Positions 10,486 to 25,157 of a DNA stretch of 64,000 nucleotides are shown here, piece after piece. The stretch covers positions 16,155-80,154 of the forward strand of contig NEEC01000159.1 in NCBI GenBank assembly GCA_002189035.1. Direction: 5' to 3'. This DNA comes from Utricularia gibba (Eukaryota; Plantae; Magnoliophyta). Position 1 is the stretch's first letter. Every line of letters starts with the position of its first letter. Made by a program: the position numbers and the translations under genes. The notes below the pieces were generated by a model, which was not told where the DNA came from, ran no database searches, and was given only the letters and a program-made list of their open reading frames with translations.

Positions 10486-13400
10486 TCTGCGTTTTTTCGG
10501 GTGATGTGAAATATGGGTTTTCGAGGCGATCTTTGCACATGCTTAGGGTGTGTCCCTACCCGAAGCCTCATGGTTTCCTCGCACACCGTTCGGCATCTCG
10601 TCGATATCCTGAAGACCGTGATGAGTCACGCTGCGCCCGGAATACCGTTTCGAAGCTCGTTCCGAGCCGGTCATCTTCCGTGTTGAATGCTTCTTCGTCC
10701 GAGGATGCATAAGAGCTCGAATTATCGCCTTTATTAGCCTTCAGATGTGCCACAAAGTGGCCACCACGTTCGCGACGATGCGACTTGGAACACCAAAATC
10801 GACGTGATTGTAATTTTCGGCTTGCAAAACATCTGCGTTTTTTCGGGTGATGTGAAATATGGGTTTTCGAGGCGATCTTTGCACATGCTTAGGGTGTGTC
10901 CCTACTCGAAGCCTCATGGTTTCCTCGCACACCGTTCGGCATCTCGTCGATATCCTGAAGACCGTGATGAGTCACGCTGCGCCCGGAATACCTTTTCGAA
11001 GCTCGTTCCGAGCCGGTCATCTTCCGTGTTGAAAGCTTCTTCGTCCGAGGATGCATCAGAGCTCGAATTATCGCCTTCTATTAGCCTTCAGATGTGCCAC
11101 AAAGTGGCCACCACGTTCGCGACGATGCGACTTGGAACACCAAAATCGACGCGATTGTATTTTCGGCTTGCAAAACATCTGCGTTTTTTCGGGTGATGTG
11201 AAATATGGGTTTTCGAGGCGATCTTTGCACATGCTTAGGGTGTGTCCCTACCGAAGCCTCATGGTTTCCTCGCACACCGTTCGGCATCTCGTCGATATCC
11301 TGAAGACCGTGATGAGTCACGCTGCGCCCGGATACCGTTTCGAAGCTCGTTCCGAGCCGGTCATCTTCCGTGTTGAAGCTTCTTCGTCCGAGGATGCATC
11401 AGAGCTCGAATTATCGCCTTCTATTAGCCTTCAGATGTGCCACAAAGTGGCCACCACGTTCGCGACGATGCGACTTGGAACACCAAAATCGACGCGATTG
11501 TGATTTTCGGCTTGCAAAACATCTGCGTTTTTTGGGTGATGTGAAATATGGGTTTTCGAGGCGATCTTTGCACATGCTTAGGTGTGTCCTACCCGAAGCC
11601 TCATGGTTTCCTCGCACACCGTTCGGCATCTCGTCGATATCCTGAAGACCGTGATGAGTCACGCTGCGCCCGGCATACCGTTTCGAAGCTCGTTCCGAGC
11701 CGGTCATCTTCCGTGTTGAAAGCTTCTTCGTCCGAGGATGCATCAGAGCTCGAATTATCGCCTTCTATTAGCCTTCAGATGTGCCACAAAGTGGCCACCA
11801 CGTTCGCGACGATGCGACTTGAACACCAAAATCGACGCGATTGTGATTTTCGGCTTGCAAAACATCTGCGTTTTTTGGGTGATGTGAAATATGGGTTTTC
11901 GAGGCGATCTTTGCACATGCTTAGGGTGTGTCCCTACCGAAGCCTCATGGTTTCCTCGCACACCGTTCGGCATCTCGTCGATATCCTGAAGACCGTGATG
12001 AGTCACGCTGCGCCCGGAATACCGTTTCGAAGCTCGTTCCGAGCCGGTCATCTTCCGTGTTGAAGCTTCTTCGTCCGAGGATGCATCAGAGCTCGAATTA
12101 TCGCCTTATATTAGCCTTCAGATGTGCCACAAAGTGGCCACCACGTTCGCGACGATGCGACTTGGAACACCAAAATCGACGTGATTGTAATTTTCGGCTT
12201 GCAAAACATCTGCGTTTTTTCGGGTGATGTGAAATATGGGTTTTCGAGGCGATCTTTGCACATGCTTAGGGTGTGTCCCTACCGAAGCCTCATGGTTTCC
12301 TCGCACACCGTTCGGCATCTCGTCGATATCCTGAAGACCGTGATGAGTCACGCTGCGCCCGGAATACCGTTTCGAAGCTCGTTCCGAGCCGGTCATCTTC
12401 CGTGTTGAAAGCTTCTTCGTCCGAGGATGCATAAGAGCTCGAATTATCGCCTTCTATTAGCCTTCAGATGTGCCACAAAGTGGCCACGTTCGCGACGATG
12501 CGACTTGGAACACCAAAATCGACGTGATTGTAATTTTCGGCTTGCAAAACATCTGCGTTTTTTCGGTGATGTGAAATATGGGTTTTCGAGGCGATCTTTG
12601 CACATGCTTAGGGTGTGTCCCTACCGAAGCCTCATGGTTTCCTCGCACACCGTTCGGCATCTCGTCGATATCCTGAAGACCGTGATGAGTCACGCTGCGC
12701 CCGGAATACCGTTTCGAAGCTCGTTCCGAGCCGGTCATCTTCCGTGTTGAAAGCTTCTTCGTCCGAGGATGCATCAGAGCTCGAATTATCGCCTTATATT
12801 AGCCTTCAGATGTGCCACAAAGTGGCCACCACGTTCGCGACGATGCGACTTGGAACACCAAAATCGACGTGATTGTAATTTTCGGCTTGCAAAACATCTG
12901 CGTTTTTTCGGGTGATGTGAAATATGGGTTTTCGAGGCGATCTTTGCACATGCTTAGGGTGTGTCCCTACCGAAGCCTCATGGTTTCCTCGCACACCGTT
13001 CGGCATCTCGTCGATATCCTGAAGACCGTGATGAGTCACGCTGCGCCCGGAATACCGTTTCGAAGCTCGTTCCGAGCCGGTCATCTTCCGTGTTGAAGCT
13101 TCTTCGTCCGAGGATGCATCAGAGCTCGAATTATCGCCTTATATTAGCCTTCAGATGTGCCACAAAGTGGCCACCACGTTCGCGACGATGCGACTTGAAC
13201 ACCAAAATCGACGTGATTGTAATTTTCGGCTTGCAAAACATCTGCGTTTTTTCGGGTGATGTGAAATATGGGTTTTCGAGGCGATCTTTGCACATGCTTA
13301 GGGTGTGTCCCTACCCGAAGCCTCATGGTTTCCTCGCACACCGTTCGGCATCTCGTCGATATCCTGAAGACCGTGATGAGTCACGCTGCGCCCGGATACC

Positions 13401-16400
13401 GTTTCGAAGCTCGTTCCGAGCCGGTCATCTTCCGTGTTTAAAGCTTCTTCGTCCGAGGATGCATCAGAGCTCGAATTATCGCCTTCTATTAGCCTTCAGA
13501 TGTGCCACAAAGTGGCCACCACGTTCGCGACGATGCGACTTGGAACACCAAAATCGACGCGATTGTGATTTTCGGCTTGCAAAACATCTGCGTTTTTTCG
13601 GGTGATGTGAAATATGGGTTTTCGAGGCGATCTTTGCACATGCTTAGGGTGTGTCCTACCGAAGCCTCATGGTTTCCTCGCACACCGTTCGGCATCTCGT
13701 CGATATCCTGAAGACCGTGATGAGTCACGCTGCGCCCGGAATACCGTTTCGAAGCTCGTTCCGAGCCGGTCATCTTCCGTGTTGAATGCTTCTTCGTCCG
13801 AGGATGCATCAGAGCTCGAATTATCGCCTTATTAGCCTTCAGATGTGCCACAAAGTGGCCACCACGTTCGCGACGATGCGACTTGGAACACAAAATCGAC
13901 GTGATTGTAATTTTCGGCTTGCAAAACATCTGCGTTTTTCGGGTGATGTGAAATATGGGTTTTCGAGGCGATCTTTGCACATGCTTAGGGTGTGTCCCTA
14001 CCGAAGCCTCATGGTTTCCTCGCACACCGTTCGGCATCTCGTCGATATCCTGAAGACCGTGATGAGTCACGCTGCGCCCGGAATACCGTTTCGAAGCTCG
14101 TTCCGAGCCGGTCATCTTCCGTGTTGAATGCTTCTTCGTCCGAGGATGCATCAGAGCTCGAATTATCGCCTTATATTAGCCTTCAGATGTGCCACAAAGT
14201 GGCCACCACGTTCGCGACGATGCGACTTGGAACACCAAAATCGACGTGATTGTAATTTTCGGCTTGCAAAACATCTGCGTTTTTTCGGGTGATGTGAAAT
14301 ATGGGTTTTCGAGGCGATCTTTGCACATGCTTAGGGTGTGTCCCTACCCGAAGCCTCATGGTTTCCTCGCACACCGTTCGGCATCTCGTCGATATCCTGA
14401 AGACCGTGATGAGTCACGCTGCGCCCGCATACCGTTTCGAAGCTCGTTCCGAGCCGGTCATCTTCCGTGTTTAAAGCTTCTTCGTCCGAGGATGCATCAG
14501 AGCTCGAATTATCGCCTTCTATTAGCCTTCAGATGTGCCACAAAGTGGCCACCACGTTCGCGACGATGCGACTTGGAACACCAAAATCGACGTGATTGTA
14601 ATTTTCGGCTTGCAAAACATCTGCGTTTTTTCGGGTGATGTGAAATATGGGTTTTCGAGGCGATCTTTGCACATGCTTAGGGTGTGTCCCTACCCGAAGC
14701 CTCATGGTTTCCTCGCACACCGTTCGGCATCTCGTCGATATCCTGAAGACCGTGATGAGTCACGCTGCGCCCGGAATACCGTTTCGAAGCTCGTTCCGAG
14801 CCGGTCATCTTCCGTGTTGAAGCTTCTTCGTCCGAGATGCATAAGAGCTCGAATTATCGCCTTATATTAGCCTTCAGATGTGCCACAAAGTGGCCACCAC
14901 GTTCGCGACGATGCGACTTGGAACACCAAAATCGACGTGATTGTAATTTTCGGCTTGCAAAACATCTGCGTTTTTTGGGTGATGTGAAATATGGGTTTTC
15001 GAGGCGATCTTTGCACATGCTTAGGGTGTGTCCCTACCGAAGCCTCATGGTTTCCTCGCACACCGTTCGGCATCTCGTCGATATCCTGAAGACCGTGATG
15101 AGTCACGCTGCGCCCGGCATACCTTTTCGAAGCTCGTTCCGAGCCGGTCATCTTCCGTGTTTAAAGCTTCTTCGTCCGAGGATGCATCAGAGCTCGAATT
15201 ATCGCCTTCTATTAGCCTTCAATGTGCCACAAAGTGGCCACCACGTTCGCGACGATGCGACTTGGAACACCAAAATCGACACGATTGTAATTTTCGGCTT
15301 GCAAAACATCTGCGTTTTTTCGGGTGATGTGAAATATGGGTTTTCGAGCGATCTTTGCACATGCTTAGGGTGTCCCTACCCGAAGCCTCATGGTTTCCTC
15401 GCACACCGTTCGGCATCTCGTCGATATCCTGAAGACCGTGATGAGTCAATACCGTTTCGAAGCTCTTCCGAGCCGTCATCGCTTCTTCGTCCGAGGATGC
15501 ATCAGAGCTCGAATTATCGCCTTCTATTAGCCTTCAGATGTGCCACAAAGTGGCCACCACGTTCGCGACGATGCGACTTGGAACACCAGAATCGACGCGA
15601 TTGTGATTTTCGGCTTGCAAACATCTGCGTTTTTTGGGTGATGTGAAATATGGGTTTTCGAGGCGAGGGTGTTCCTACGAAGCCTCATGGTTTCCTCGCA
15701 CACCTTCGGCATCTCGTCGATATCCTGAAGACCGTGATGAGTCACGCTGCGCCCGGCATACCGTTTCGAAGCTCGTTCCGAGCCGGTCATCTTCCGTGTT
15801 GAAAGCTTCTTCGTCCGAGGATGCATCAGAGCTCGAATTATCGCCTTCTATTAGCCTTCAGATGCGCCACAAAGTGGCCACCACGTTCGCGACGATGCGA
15901 CTTGAACACCAAATCGACGCGATTGTGATTTTCGGCTTGCAAAACATCTGCGTTTTTTGGGTGATGTGAAATATGGGTTTTCGAGGCGATCTTGCACATG
16001 CTTAGGGTGTGTCCCTACCCGAAGCCTCATGGTTTCCTCGCACACCGCTCGGCATCTCGTCGATATCCTGAAGACCGTGATGAGTCACGCTGCGCCCGGA
16101 ATACCGTTTCGAAGCTCGTTCCGAGCCGGTCATCTTCCGTTGAATGCTTCTTCGTCCGAGGATGCATCAGAGCTCGAATTATCGCCTTATATTAGCCTTC
16201 AGATGTGCCACAAAGTGGCCACCACGTTCGCGACGATGCGACTTGGAACACCAAAATCGACGTGATTGTAATTTTCGGCTTGCAAAACATCTGCGTTTTT
16301 TCGGGTGATGTGAAATATGGGTTTTCGAGGCGATCTTTGCACATGCTTAGGGTGTGTCCCTACTCGAAGCCTCATGGTTTCCTCGCACACCGTTCGGCAT

Positions 16401-19400
16401 CTCGTCGATATCCTGAAGACCGTGATGAGTCACGCTGCGCCCGGCATACCGTTTCGAAGCTCGTTCCGAGCCGGTCATCTTCCGTGTTTAAAGCTTCTTC
16501 GTCCAGGATGCATCAGAGCTCGAATTATCGCCTTCTATTAGCCTTCAGATGTGCCACAAAGTGGCCACCACGTTCGCGACGATGCGACTTGGAACACCAG
16601 AATCGACACGATTGTGATTTTCGGCTTGCAAAACATCTGCGTTTTTTCGGGTGATGTGAAATATGGGTTTTCGAGGCGATCTTTGCACATGCTTAGGGTG
16701 TGTCCCTACCCGAAGCCTCATGGTTTCCTCGCACACCGTTCGGCATCTCGTCGATATCCTGAAGACCGTGATGAGTCACGCTGCGCCCGAATACCGTTTC
16801 GAAGCTCGTTCCGAGCCGGTCATCTTCCGTGTTGAAAGCTTCTTCGTCCAGGATGCATCAGAGCTCGAATTATCGCCTTCTATTAGCCTTCAGATGCCAC
16901 AAAGTGGCCACCACGTTCGCGACGATGCGACTTTGAACACCAAAATCGACGTGATTGTAATTTTCGGCTTGCAAAACATCTGCGTTTTTTTCGGTGATGT
17001 GAAATATGGGTTTTCGAGGCGATCTTTGCACATGCTTAGGGTGTGTCCCTACCCGAAGCCTCATGGTTTCCTCGCACACCGTTCGGCATCTCGTCGATAT
17101 CCTGAAGACCGTGATGAGTCACGCTGCGCCCGGCATACCGTTTCGAAGCTCGTTCCGAGCCGGTCATCTTCCGTGTTGAAGCTTCTTCGTCCGAGGATGC
17201 ATAGAGCTCGAATTATCGCCTTCTATTAGCCTTCAGATGTGCCACAAAGTGGCCACCACGTTCGCACGATGCGACTTGGAACACAAAATCGACGCGATTG
17301 TGATTTTCGGCTTGCAAAACATCTGCGTTTTTTCGGGTGATGTGAAATATGGGTTTTCGAGGCGATCTTTGCATGCTTAGGTGTGTCCCTACCGAAGCCT
17401 CATGGTTTCCTCGCACACCGTTCGGCATCTCGTCGATATCCTGAAAGTGATGAGTCACGCTGCGCCGGCATACCGTTTCGAAGCTCGTTCCGAGCCGGTC
17501 ATCTTCCGTGTTGAAAGCTTCTTCGTCCGAGGATGCATCAGAGCTCGAATTATCGCCTTCTATTAGCCTTCAGATGTGCCACAAAGTGGCCACCACGTTC
17601 GCGACGATGCGACTTGAACACCAAAATCGACGCGATTGTGATTTTCGGCTTGCAAAACATCTGCGTTTTTGGGTGATGTGAAATATGGGTTTTCGAGGCG
17701 ATCTTTGCACATGCTTATGTGTGTCCTACCCGAAGCCTCATGGTTTCCTCGCACCGTTCGGCATCTCGTCGATATCCTGAAGACCGTGATGAGTCACGCT
17801 GCGCCCGGCATACCGTTTCGAAGCTCGTTCCGAGCCGGTCATCTTCCGTGTTGAAAGCTTCTTCGTCCGAGGATGCATCAGAGCTCGAATTATCGCCTTC
17901 TATTAGCCTTCAGATGTGCCACAAAGTGGCCACCACGTTCGCGACGATGCGACTTGGAACACCAAAATCGACACGATTGTGATTTTCGGCTTGCAAAACA
18001 TCTGCGTTTTTTTGGTGATGTGAAATATGGGTTTTCGAGGCGATCTTTGCACATGCTTAGGGTGTGTGTCCCTACCGAAGCCTCATGGTTTCCTCGCACA
18101 CCGTTCGGCATCTCGTCGATATCCTGAAGACCGTGATGAGTCACGCTGCGCCCGGAATACCGTTTCGAAGCTCGTTCCGAGCCGGTCATCTTCCGTGTTG
18201 AAAGCTTCTTCGTCCGAGGATGCATAAGAGCTCGAATTATCGCCTTATATTAGCCTTCAGATGTGCCACAAAGTGGCCACACCACGTTCGCGACGATGCG
18301 ACTTGGAACACCAAAATCGACGTGATTGTAATTTTCGGCTTGCAAAACATCTGCGTTTTTTCGGGTGATGTGAAATATGGGTTTTCGAGGCGATCTTTGC
18401 ACATGCTTAGGGTGTGTCCCTACCGAAGCCTCATGGTTTCCTCGCACACCGTTCGGCATCTCGTCGATATCCTGAAGACCGTGATGAGTCACGCTGCGCC
18501 CCGGAATACCGTTTCGAAGCTCGTTCCGAGCCGGTCATCTTCCGTGTTGAATGCTTCTTCGTCCGAGGATGCATCAGAGCTCGAATTATCGCCTTCTATT
18601 AGCCTTCAGATGTGCCACAAAGTGGCCACCACGTTCGCGACGATGCGACTTGGAACACCAAAATCGACGCGATTGTGATTTTCGGCTTGCAAAACATCTG
18701 CGTTTTTTCGGGTGATGTGAAATATGGGTTTTCGAGGCGATCTTTGCACATGCTTAGGTGTGTCCCTACCGAAGCCTCATGGTTTCCTCGCACACCGTTC
18801 GGCATTCTCGTCGATATCCTGAAGACCGTGATGAGTCACGCTGCGCCCGGAATACCGTTTCGAAGCTCGTTCCGAGCCGGTCATCTTCCGTTGAAGCTTC
18901 TTCGTCCGAGGATGCATCAGAGCTCGAATTATCGCCTCTATTAGCCTTCAGATGTGCCACAAAGTGGCCACCACGTTCGCGACGATGCGACTTGGAACAC
19001 CAAATCGACGCGATTGTAATTTTCGGCTTGCAAAACATCTGCGTTTTTTCGGGTGATGTGAAATATGGGTTTTCGAGGCGATCTTTGCACATGCTTAGGT
19101 GTGTCCCTACCGAAGCCTCATGGTTTCCTCGCACACCGTTCGGCATCTCGTCGATATCCTGAAGACCGTGATGAGTCACGCTGCGCCCCGGCATACCGTT
19201 TTCGAAGCTCGTTCCGAGCCGGTCATCTTCCGTGTTTAAAGCTTCTTCGTCCGAGGATGCATCAGAGCTCGAATTATCGCCTTCTATTAGCCTTCAGATG
19301 TGCCACAAAGTGGCCACCACGTTCGCGACGATGCGACTTGGAACACCAAAATCGACACGATTTGATTTTCGGCTTGCAAAACATCTGCGTTTTTTTCGGG

Positions 19401-21429
19401 TGATGTGAAATATGGGTTTTCGAGGCGATCTTTGCACATGCTTAGGGTGTGTCCCTACCGAAGCCTCATGGTTTCCTCGCACACCGTTCGGCATCTCGTC
19501 GATATCCTGAAGACCGTGATGAGTCACGCTGCGCCCGGAATACCGTTTCGAAGCTCGTTCCGAGCCGGTCATCTTCCGTGTTTGAATGCTTCTTCGTCCG
19601 AGGATGCATCAGAGCTCGAATTATCGCCTTATATTAGCCTTCAGATGTGCCACAAAGTGGCCACCACGTTCGCGACGATGCGACTTGGAACACCAGAATC
19701 GACGTGATTGTAATTTTCGGCTTGCAAAACATCTGCGTTTTTTCGGGTGATGTGAAATATGGGTTTTCGAGGCGATCTTTGCACATGCTGGGTGTGTCCC
19801 TACCGAAGCCTCATGGTTTCCTCGCACACCGTTCGGCATCTCGTCGATATCCTGAAGACCGTGATGAGTCACGCTGCGCCCGGAATACCGTTTCGAAGCT
19901 CGTTCCGAGCCGGTCATCTTCCGTGTTGAATGCTTCTTCGTCCGAGGATGCATCAGAGCTCGAATTATCGCCTTCTATTAGCCTTCAGATGCGCCACAAA
20001 AGTGGCCACCTTTTCGAACGATGCGACTTGTAACACCAGAATCGACGCGATTGTGATTTTCGGCTTGCAAAACATCTGCGTTTTTTGGGTGATGTGAAAT
20101 ATGGGTTTTCGAGGCGATCTATGCACATGCTTAGGGTGTGTTTCTACCGAAGCCTCATGGTTTCCTCGCACACGTTCGGCATCTCATCGATATCTGAAGA
20201 CCGTGATGAGTCACGCTGCGCCCGGCATACCGTTTCGAAGCTCGTTCCGAGCCGGTCATCTTCCGTGTTGAAAGCCTTTCGTCCAAGGATGCATCAGAGC
20301 TCGAATTATCGCCTTCTATTAGCCTTCAGATGCGCCACAAAGTGGCCACCACGTTCGCAACGATGCGACTTGCAACACTAGAATCGACGCGATTGTGATT
20401 TTCGGCTTGCAAAACATCTGCGTTTTTTCGGGTGATGTGAAATATGGGTTTTCGAGGCGATCTTTGCACATGCTTAGGGTGTGTCACTACGTGAAGCCTC
20501 ATGGTTTCCTCGCACACCGTTCGGCATCTCATCGATATCCTGAAGACCGTGATGAGTCACGCTGCGCCCGGCATACCGTTTCGAAGCTCGTTCCGAGCCG
20601 GTCATCTTCGTGTTTAAAGCTTCTTCGTCCGAGGATGCATCAGAGCTCGAATTATCGCCTTCTATTAGCCTTCAGATGCGCCACAAAGTGGCCACCACGT
20701 TCGCACGATGCGACTTGTAACACCAGAATCGACGCGATTGTGATTTTCGGCTTGCAAAACATCTGCGTTTTGTTGGGTGATGTGAAATATGGGTTTTCGA
20801 GGCGATCTATGCACATGCTTAGGGTGTGTCCTACGTGAAGCCCTCATGGTTTCCTCGCACACCGGCATCTCGTCGATATCCTGAAGACCGTGATGAGTCA
20901 CGCTGCGCCCGGCATACCGTTTCGAAGCTCGTTCCGAGCCGGTCATCTTCCGTGTTGAAAGCTTCTTCGTCCGAGGATGCATCAGAGCTCGAATTATCGC
21001 CTTCTATTAGCCTTCAGATGCCACAAAGTGGCCACCACGTTCGCAACGATGCGACTTGTAACACCAGAATCGACGCGATTGTGATTTTCGGCTTGCAAAA
21101 CATCTGCGTTTTTTCGGGTGATGTGAAATATGGGTTTTCGAGGCGATCTTTGCACATGCTTAGGGTGTGTCACTGAAGCCTCATGGTTTCCTCGCACACC
21201 GCGGCATCTCATCGATATCCTGAAGACCGTGATGAGTCACGCTGCGCCCGCTCGTTTCGAAGCTCGTCATCATTCCGTGTTTAAAGCTTCTTCGTCCGAG
21301 GATGCATCAGAGCTCGAATTATCGCCTTCTATTAGCCTTCAGATGCGCCACAAAGTGGCCACCACGTTCGCGACGATGCGACTTGTAACACCAGAATCGA
21401 CGCGATTGCGATTTTCGGCTTGCAAAACA

Positions 21430-21775
21430 TCTGCGTTTTGTTGGGTGATGTGAAATATGGGTTTTCGAGGCGATCTTGCACATGCTTAGGGTGTGTTTCT
21501 ACCCGAAGCCTCATGGTTTCCTCGCACACCGTTCGGCATCTCGTCGATATCCTAAAGACCGTGATGAGTCACGCTGCGCCCGGAATACCGTTTCGAAGCT
21601 CGTTCCGAGCCGGTCATCTTCCGTGTTGAAAGCCTCTTCGTCCAAGGATGCATCAGAGCTCGAATTATCGCCTTCTATTAGCCTTCAGATGCGCCACAAA
21701 GTGGCCACCACGTTCGCAACGATGCGACTTGCAACACTAGAATCGACGCGATTGTGATTTTCGGCTTGCAAAACA
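21430..21775 (+). repeat. Representative B-domain X-type monomer
   Basis: Carries TTTTGTTGGG, GTTTCTACCCG, CCTAAAG, GGAATA, AAGCCTCTT (HindIII lost), GTCCAAGG, TTCGCAAC (NruI lost) and CTTGCAACACTAG. Confidence 0.85.
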
Positions 21776-24700
21776 TCTGCGTTTTTTCGGGTGATGTGAA
21801 ATATGGGTTTTCGAGGCGATCTTTGCACATGCTTAGGGTGTGTCACTACGTGAAGCCTCATGGTTTCCTCGCACACCGTTCGGCATCTCATCGATATCCT
21901 GAAGACCGTGATGAGTCACGCTGCGCCCGGCATACCGTTTCGAAGCTCGTTCCGAGCCGGTCATCTTCCGTGTTTAAAGCTTCTTCGTCCGAGGATGCAT
22001 CAGAGCTCGAATTATCGCCTTCTATTAGCCTTCAGATGCGCACAAAGTGGCCACCACGTTCGCAACGATGCGACTTGTAACACCAGAATCGACGCGATTG
22101 TGATTTTCGGCTTGCAAAACATCTGCGTTTTTTCGGGTGATGTGAAATATGGGTTTTCGAGGCGATCTTTGCACATGCTTAGGGTGTGTCACTACGTGAA
22201 GCCTCATGGTTTCCTCGCACACCGTTCGGCATCTCGTCGATATCCTGAAGACCGTGATGAGTCACGCTGCGCCCGGAATACCGTTTCGAAGCTCGTTCCG
22301 AGCCGGTCATCTTCCGTGTTGAAAGCTTCTTCGTCCGAGGATGCATCAGCTCGAATTATCGCCTTCTATTAGCCTTCAGATGCGCCACAAAGTGGCCACC
22401 ACGTTCGCAACGATGCGACTTGTAACACCAGAATCGACGCGATTGTGATTTTCGGCTTGCAAAACATCTGCGTTTTTTGGGTGATGTGAAATATGGGTTT
22501 TCGAGGCGATCTTGCACATGCTTAGGGTGTGTCACTACGAAGCCTCATGGTTTCCTCGCACACCGTTCGGCATCTCGTCGATATCCTGAAGACCGTGATG
22601 AGTCACGCTGCGCCCGGATACCGTTTCGAAGCTCGTTCCGAGCCGGTCATCTTCCGTGTTGAAAGCTTCTTCGTCCGAGGATGCATCAGAGCTCGAATTA
22701 TCGCCTTCTATTAGCCTTCAGATGCGCCACAAAGTGGCACACCACGTTCGCAACGATGCGACTTGTAACAGAATCGACGCGATTGTGATTTTCGGCTTGC
22801 AAAACATCTGCGTTTTTTCGGGTGATGTGAAATATGGGTTTTCGAGGCGATCTTTGCACATGCTTAGGGTGTGTCACTACGTGAAGCCTCATGGTTTCCT
22901 CGCACACCGTTCGGCATCTCATCGATATCCTGAAGACCGTGATGAGTCACGCTGCGCCCGGCATACCGTTTCGAAGCTCGTTCCGAGCCGGTCATCTTCC
23001 GTGTTTAAAGCTTCTTCGTCCGAGGATGCATCAGAGCTCGAATTATCGCCTTCTATTAGCCTTCAGATGCGCCACAAAGTGGCCACCACGTTCGCGACGA
23101 TGCGACTTGTAACACCAGAATCGACGCGATTGCGATTTTCGGCTTGCAAAACATCTGCGTTTTTTGGGTGATGTGAAATATGGGTTTTCGAGGCGATCTA
23201 TGCACATGCTTAGGGTGTGTTCTACCGAAGCCTCATGGTTTCCTCGCACACCGTGCGGCATCTCGTCGTATCCTAAAGACCGTGATGAGTCACACTGCGC
23301 CCGGAATACCGTTTCGAAGCTCGTTCCGAGCCGGTCATCTTCCGTGTTGAAAGCTCTTCGTCCAAGGATGCATCAGAGCTCGAATTATCGCCTTCTATTA
23401 GCCTTCAGATGCGCCACAAAGTGGCCACCACGTTCGCACGATGCGACTTGCAACACCAGAATCGACGCGATTGTGATTTTCGGCTTGCAAAACATCTGCG
23501 TTTTTTCGGGTGATGTGAAATATGGGTTTTCGAGGCGATCTTTGCACATGCTTAGGGTGTGTCACTACGTGAAGCCTCATGGTTTCCTCGCACACCGTTC
23601 GGCATCTCGTCGATATCCTGAAGACCGTGATGAGTCACGCTGCGCCCGGAATACCTTTTGGAAGCTCGTTCGAGCCGGTCATCTTCCGTGTTTAAAGCTT
23701 CTTCGTCCGAGGATGCATCAGAGCTCGAATTATCGCCTTCTATTAGCCTTCAGATGCGCCACAAAGTGCCACCACGTTCGCGACGATGCGACTTGTAACA
23801 CCAAATCGACGCGATTGCGATTTTCGGCTTGCAAAACATCTGCGTTTTTTCGTTGATGTGAAATATGGGTTTTCGAGGCGATCTTTGCACATGCTTAGGT
23901 GTGTCCCTACCCGAAGCCTCATGGTTTCCTCGCACACCGTTCGGCATCTCGTCAATATCCTGAAGACCGTGATGAGTCACGCTGCGCCCGGCATACCGTT
24001 TCGAAGCTCGTTCCGAGCCGGTCATCTTCCGTGTTGAAAGCTTCTTCGTCCGAGGATGCATCAGAGCTCGAATTATCGCCTTCTATTAGCCTTCAGATGC
24101 GCCACAAAGTGGCCACCACGTTCGCACGATGCGACTTGTAACACCAGAATCGACGCGATTGTGATTTTCGGCTTGCAAACATCTGCGTTTTTTGGGTGAT
24201 GTGAAATATGGGTTTTCGAGGCGATCTTTGCACATGCTTAGGGTGTGTCACTACGTGAAGCCTCATGGTTTCCTCGCACACCGTTCGGCATCTCATCGAT
24301 ATCCTGAAGACCGTGATGAGTCACGCTGCGCCCGGCATACCGTTTCGAAGCTCGTTCCGAGCCGGTCATCTTCCGTGTTTAAAGCTTCTTCGTCCCATCA
24401 GAGCTCCTCGAATTATCGCCTTCTATTAGCCTTCAGATGCGCCACAAAGTGGCCACACGTTCGCACGATGCACTTGTAACACCAGAATCGACGCGATTGT
24501 GATTTTCGGCTTGCAAAACATCTGCGTTTTTTCGGGTGATGTGAAATATGGGTTTTCGAGGCGATCTTGCACATGCTTAGGGTGTGTCACTACGTGAAGC
24601 CTCATGGTTTCCTCGCACACCGTTCGGCATCTCATCGATATCCTGAAGACCGTGATGAGTCACGCTGCGCCCGGCATACCGTTTCGAAGCTCGTTCCGAG

Positions 24701-25077
24701 CCGGTCATCTTCCGTGTTTAAAGCTTCTTCGTCCGAGGATGCATCAGAGCTCGAATTATCGCCTTCTATTAGCCTTCAGATGCGCCACAAAGTGGCCACC
24801 ACACGTTCGCGATGCGACTTGTAACACAGAATCGACGCGATTGTGATTTTCGCTTGCAAAACATCTGCGTTTTTTCGGGTGATGTGAAATATGGGTTTTC
24901 GAGGCGATCTTTGCACATGCTTAGGGTGTGTCACTACGTGAAGCCTCATGGTTTCCTCGCACACCGTTCGGCATCTCGTCGATATCCTGAAGACCGTGAT
25001 GAGTCACGCTGCGCCGGAATACCGTTTTGAAGCTCGTTCCGAGCCGGTCATCTTCCGTGTTGAAAGCTTCTTCGTCC

Positions 25078-25157
25078 GATGCTCGAATGCGATGCGTGGC
25101 GAACGATCGAATCTTCATCTATGCATGCGCGAAAAATGCATCAGAGCTCGGCCTGCC
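25078..25157. other. Scrambled insertion-like patch inside a B monomer
   Basis: The monomer at 24864-25249 is 386 bp. The extra sequence is built from monomer words (GCTCGAAT, CGATGCG, ATCTTC, ATGCAT). Confidence 0.55.

Larger units (their letters stand above)
1..19990 (+). repeat. Satellite domain A (A/C subfamily)
   Basis: Typical alleles are GTCCCTAC(C)CG, ATGTGCC, CTTGGAAC, ACCAAAAT, GACGTGATTGTAAT, CCTTATATT, GTTGAATGC and GCATAAG. The last A-type GAATGC before B is at ~19928. B alleles start at ~20015. Confidence 0.8.
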
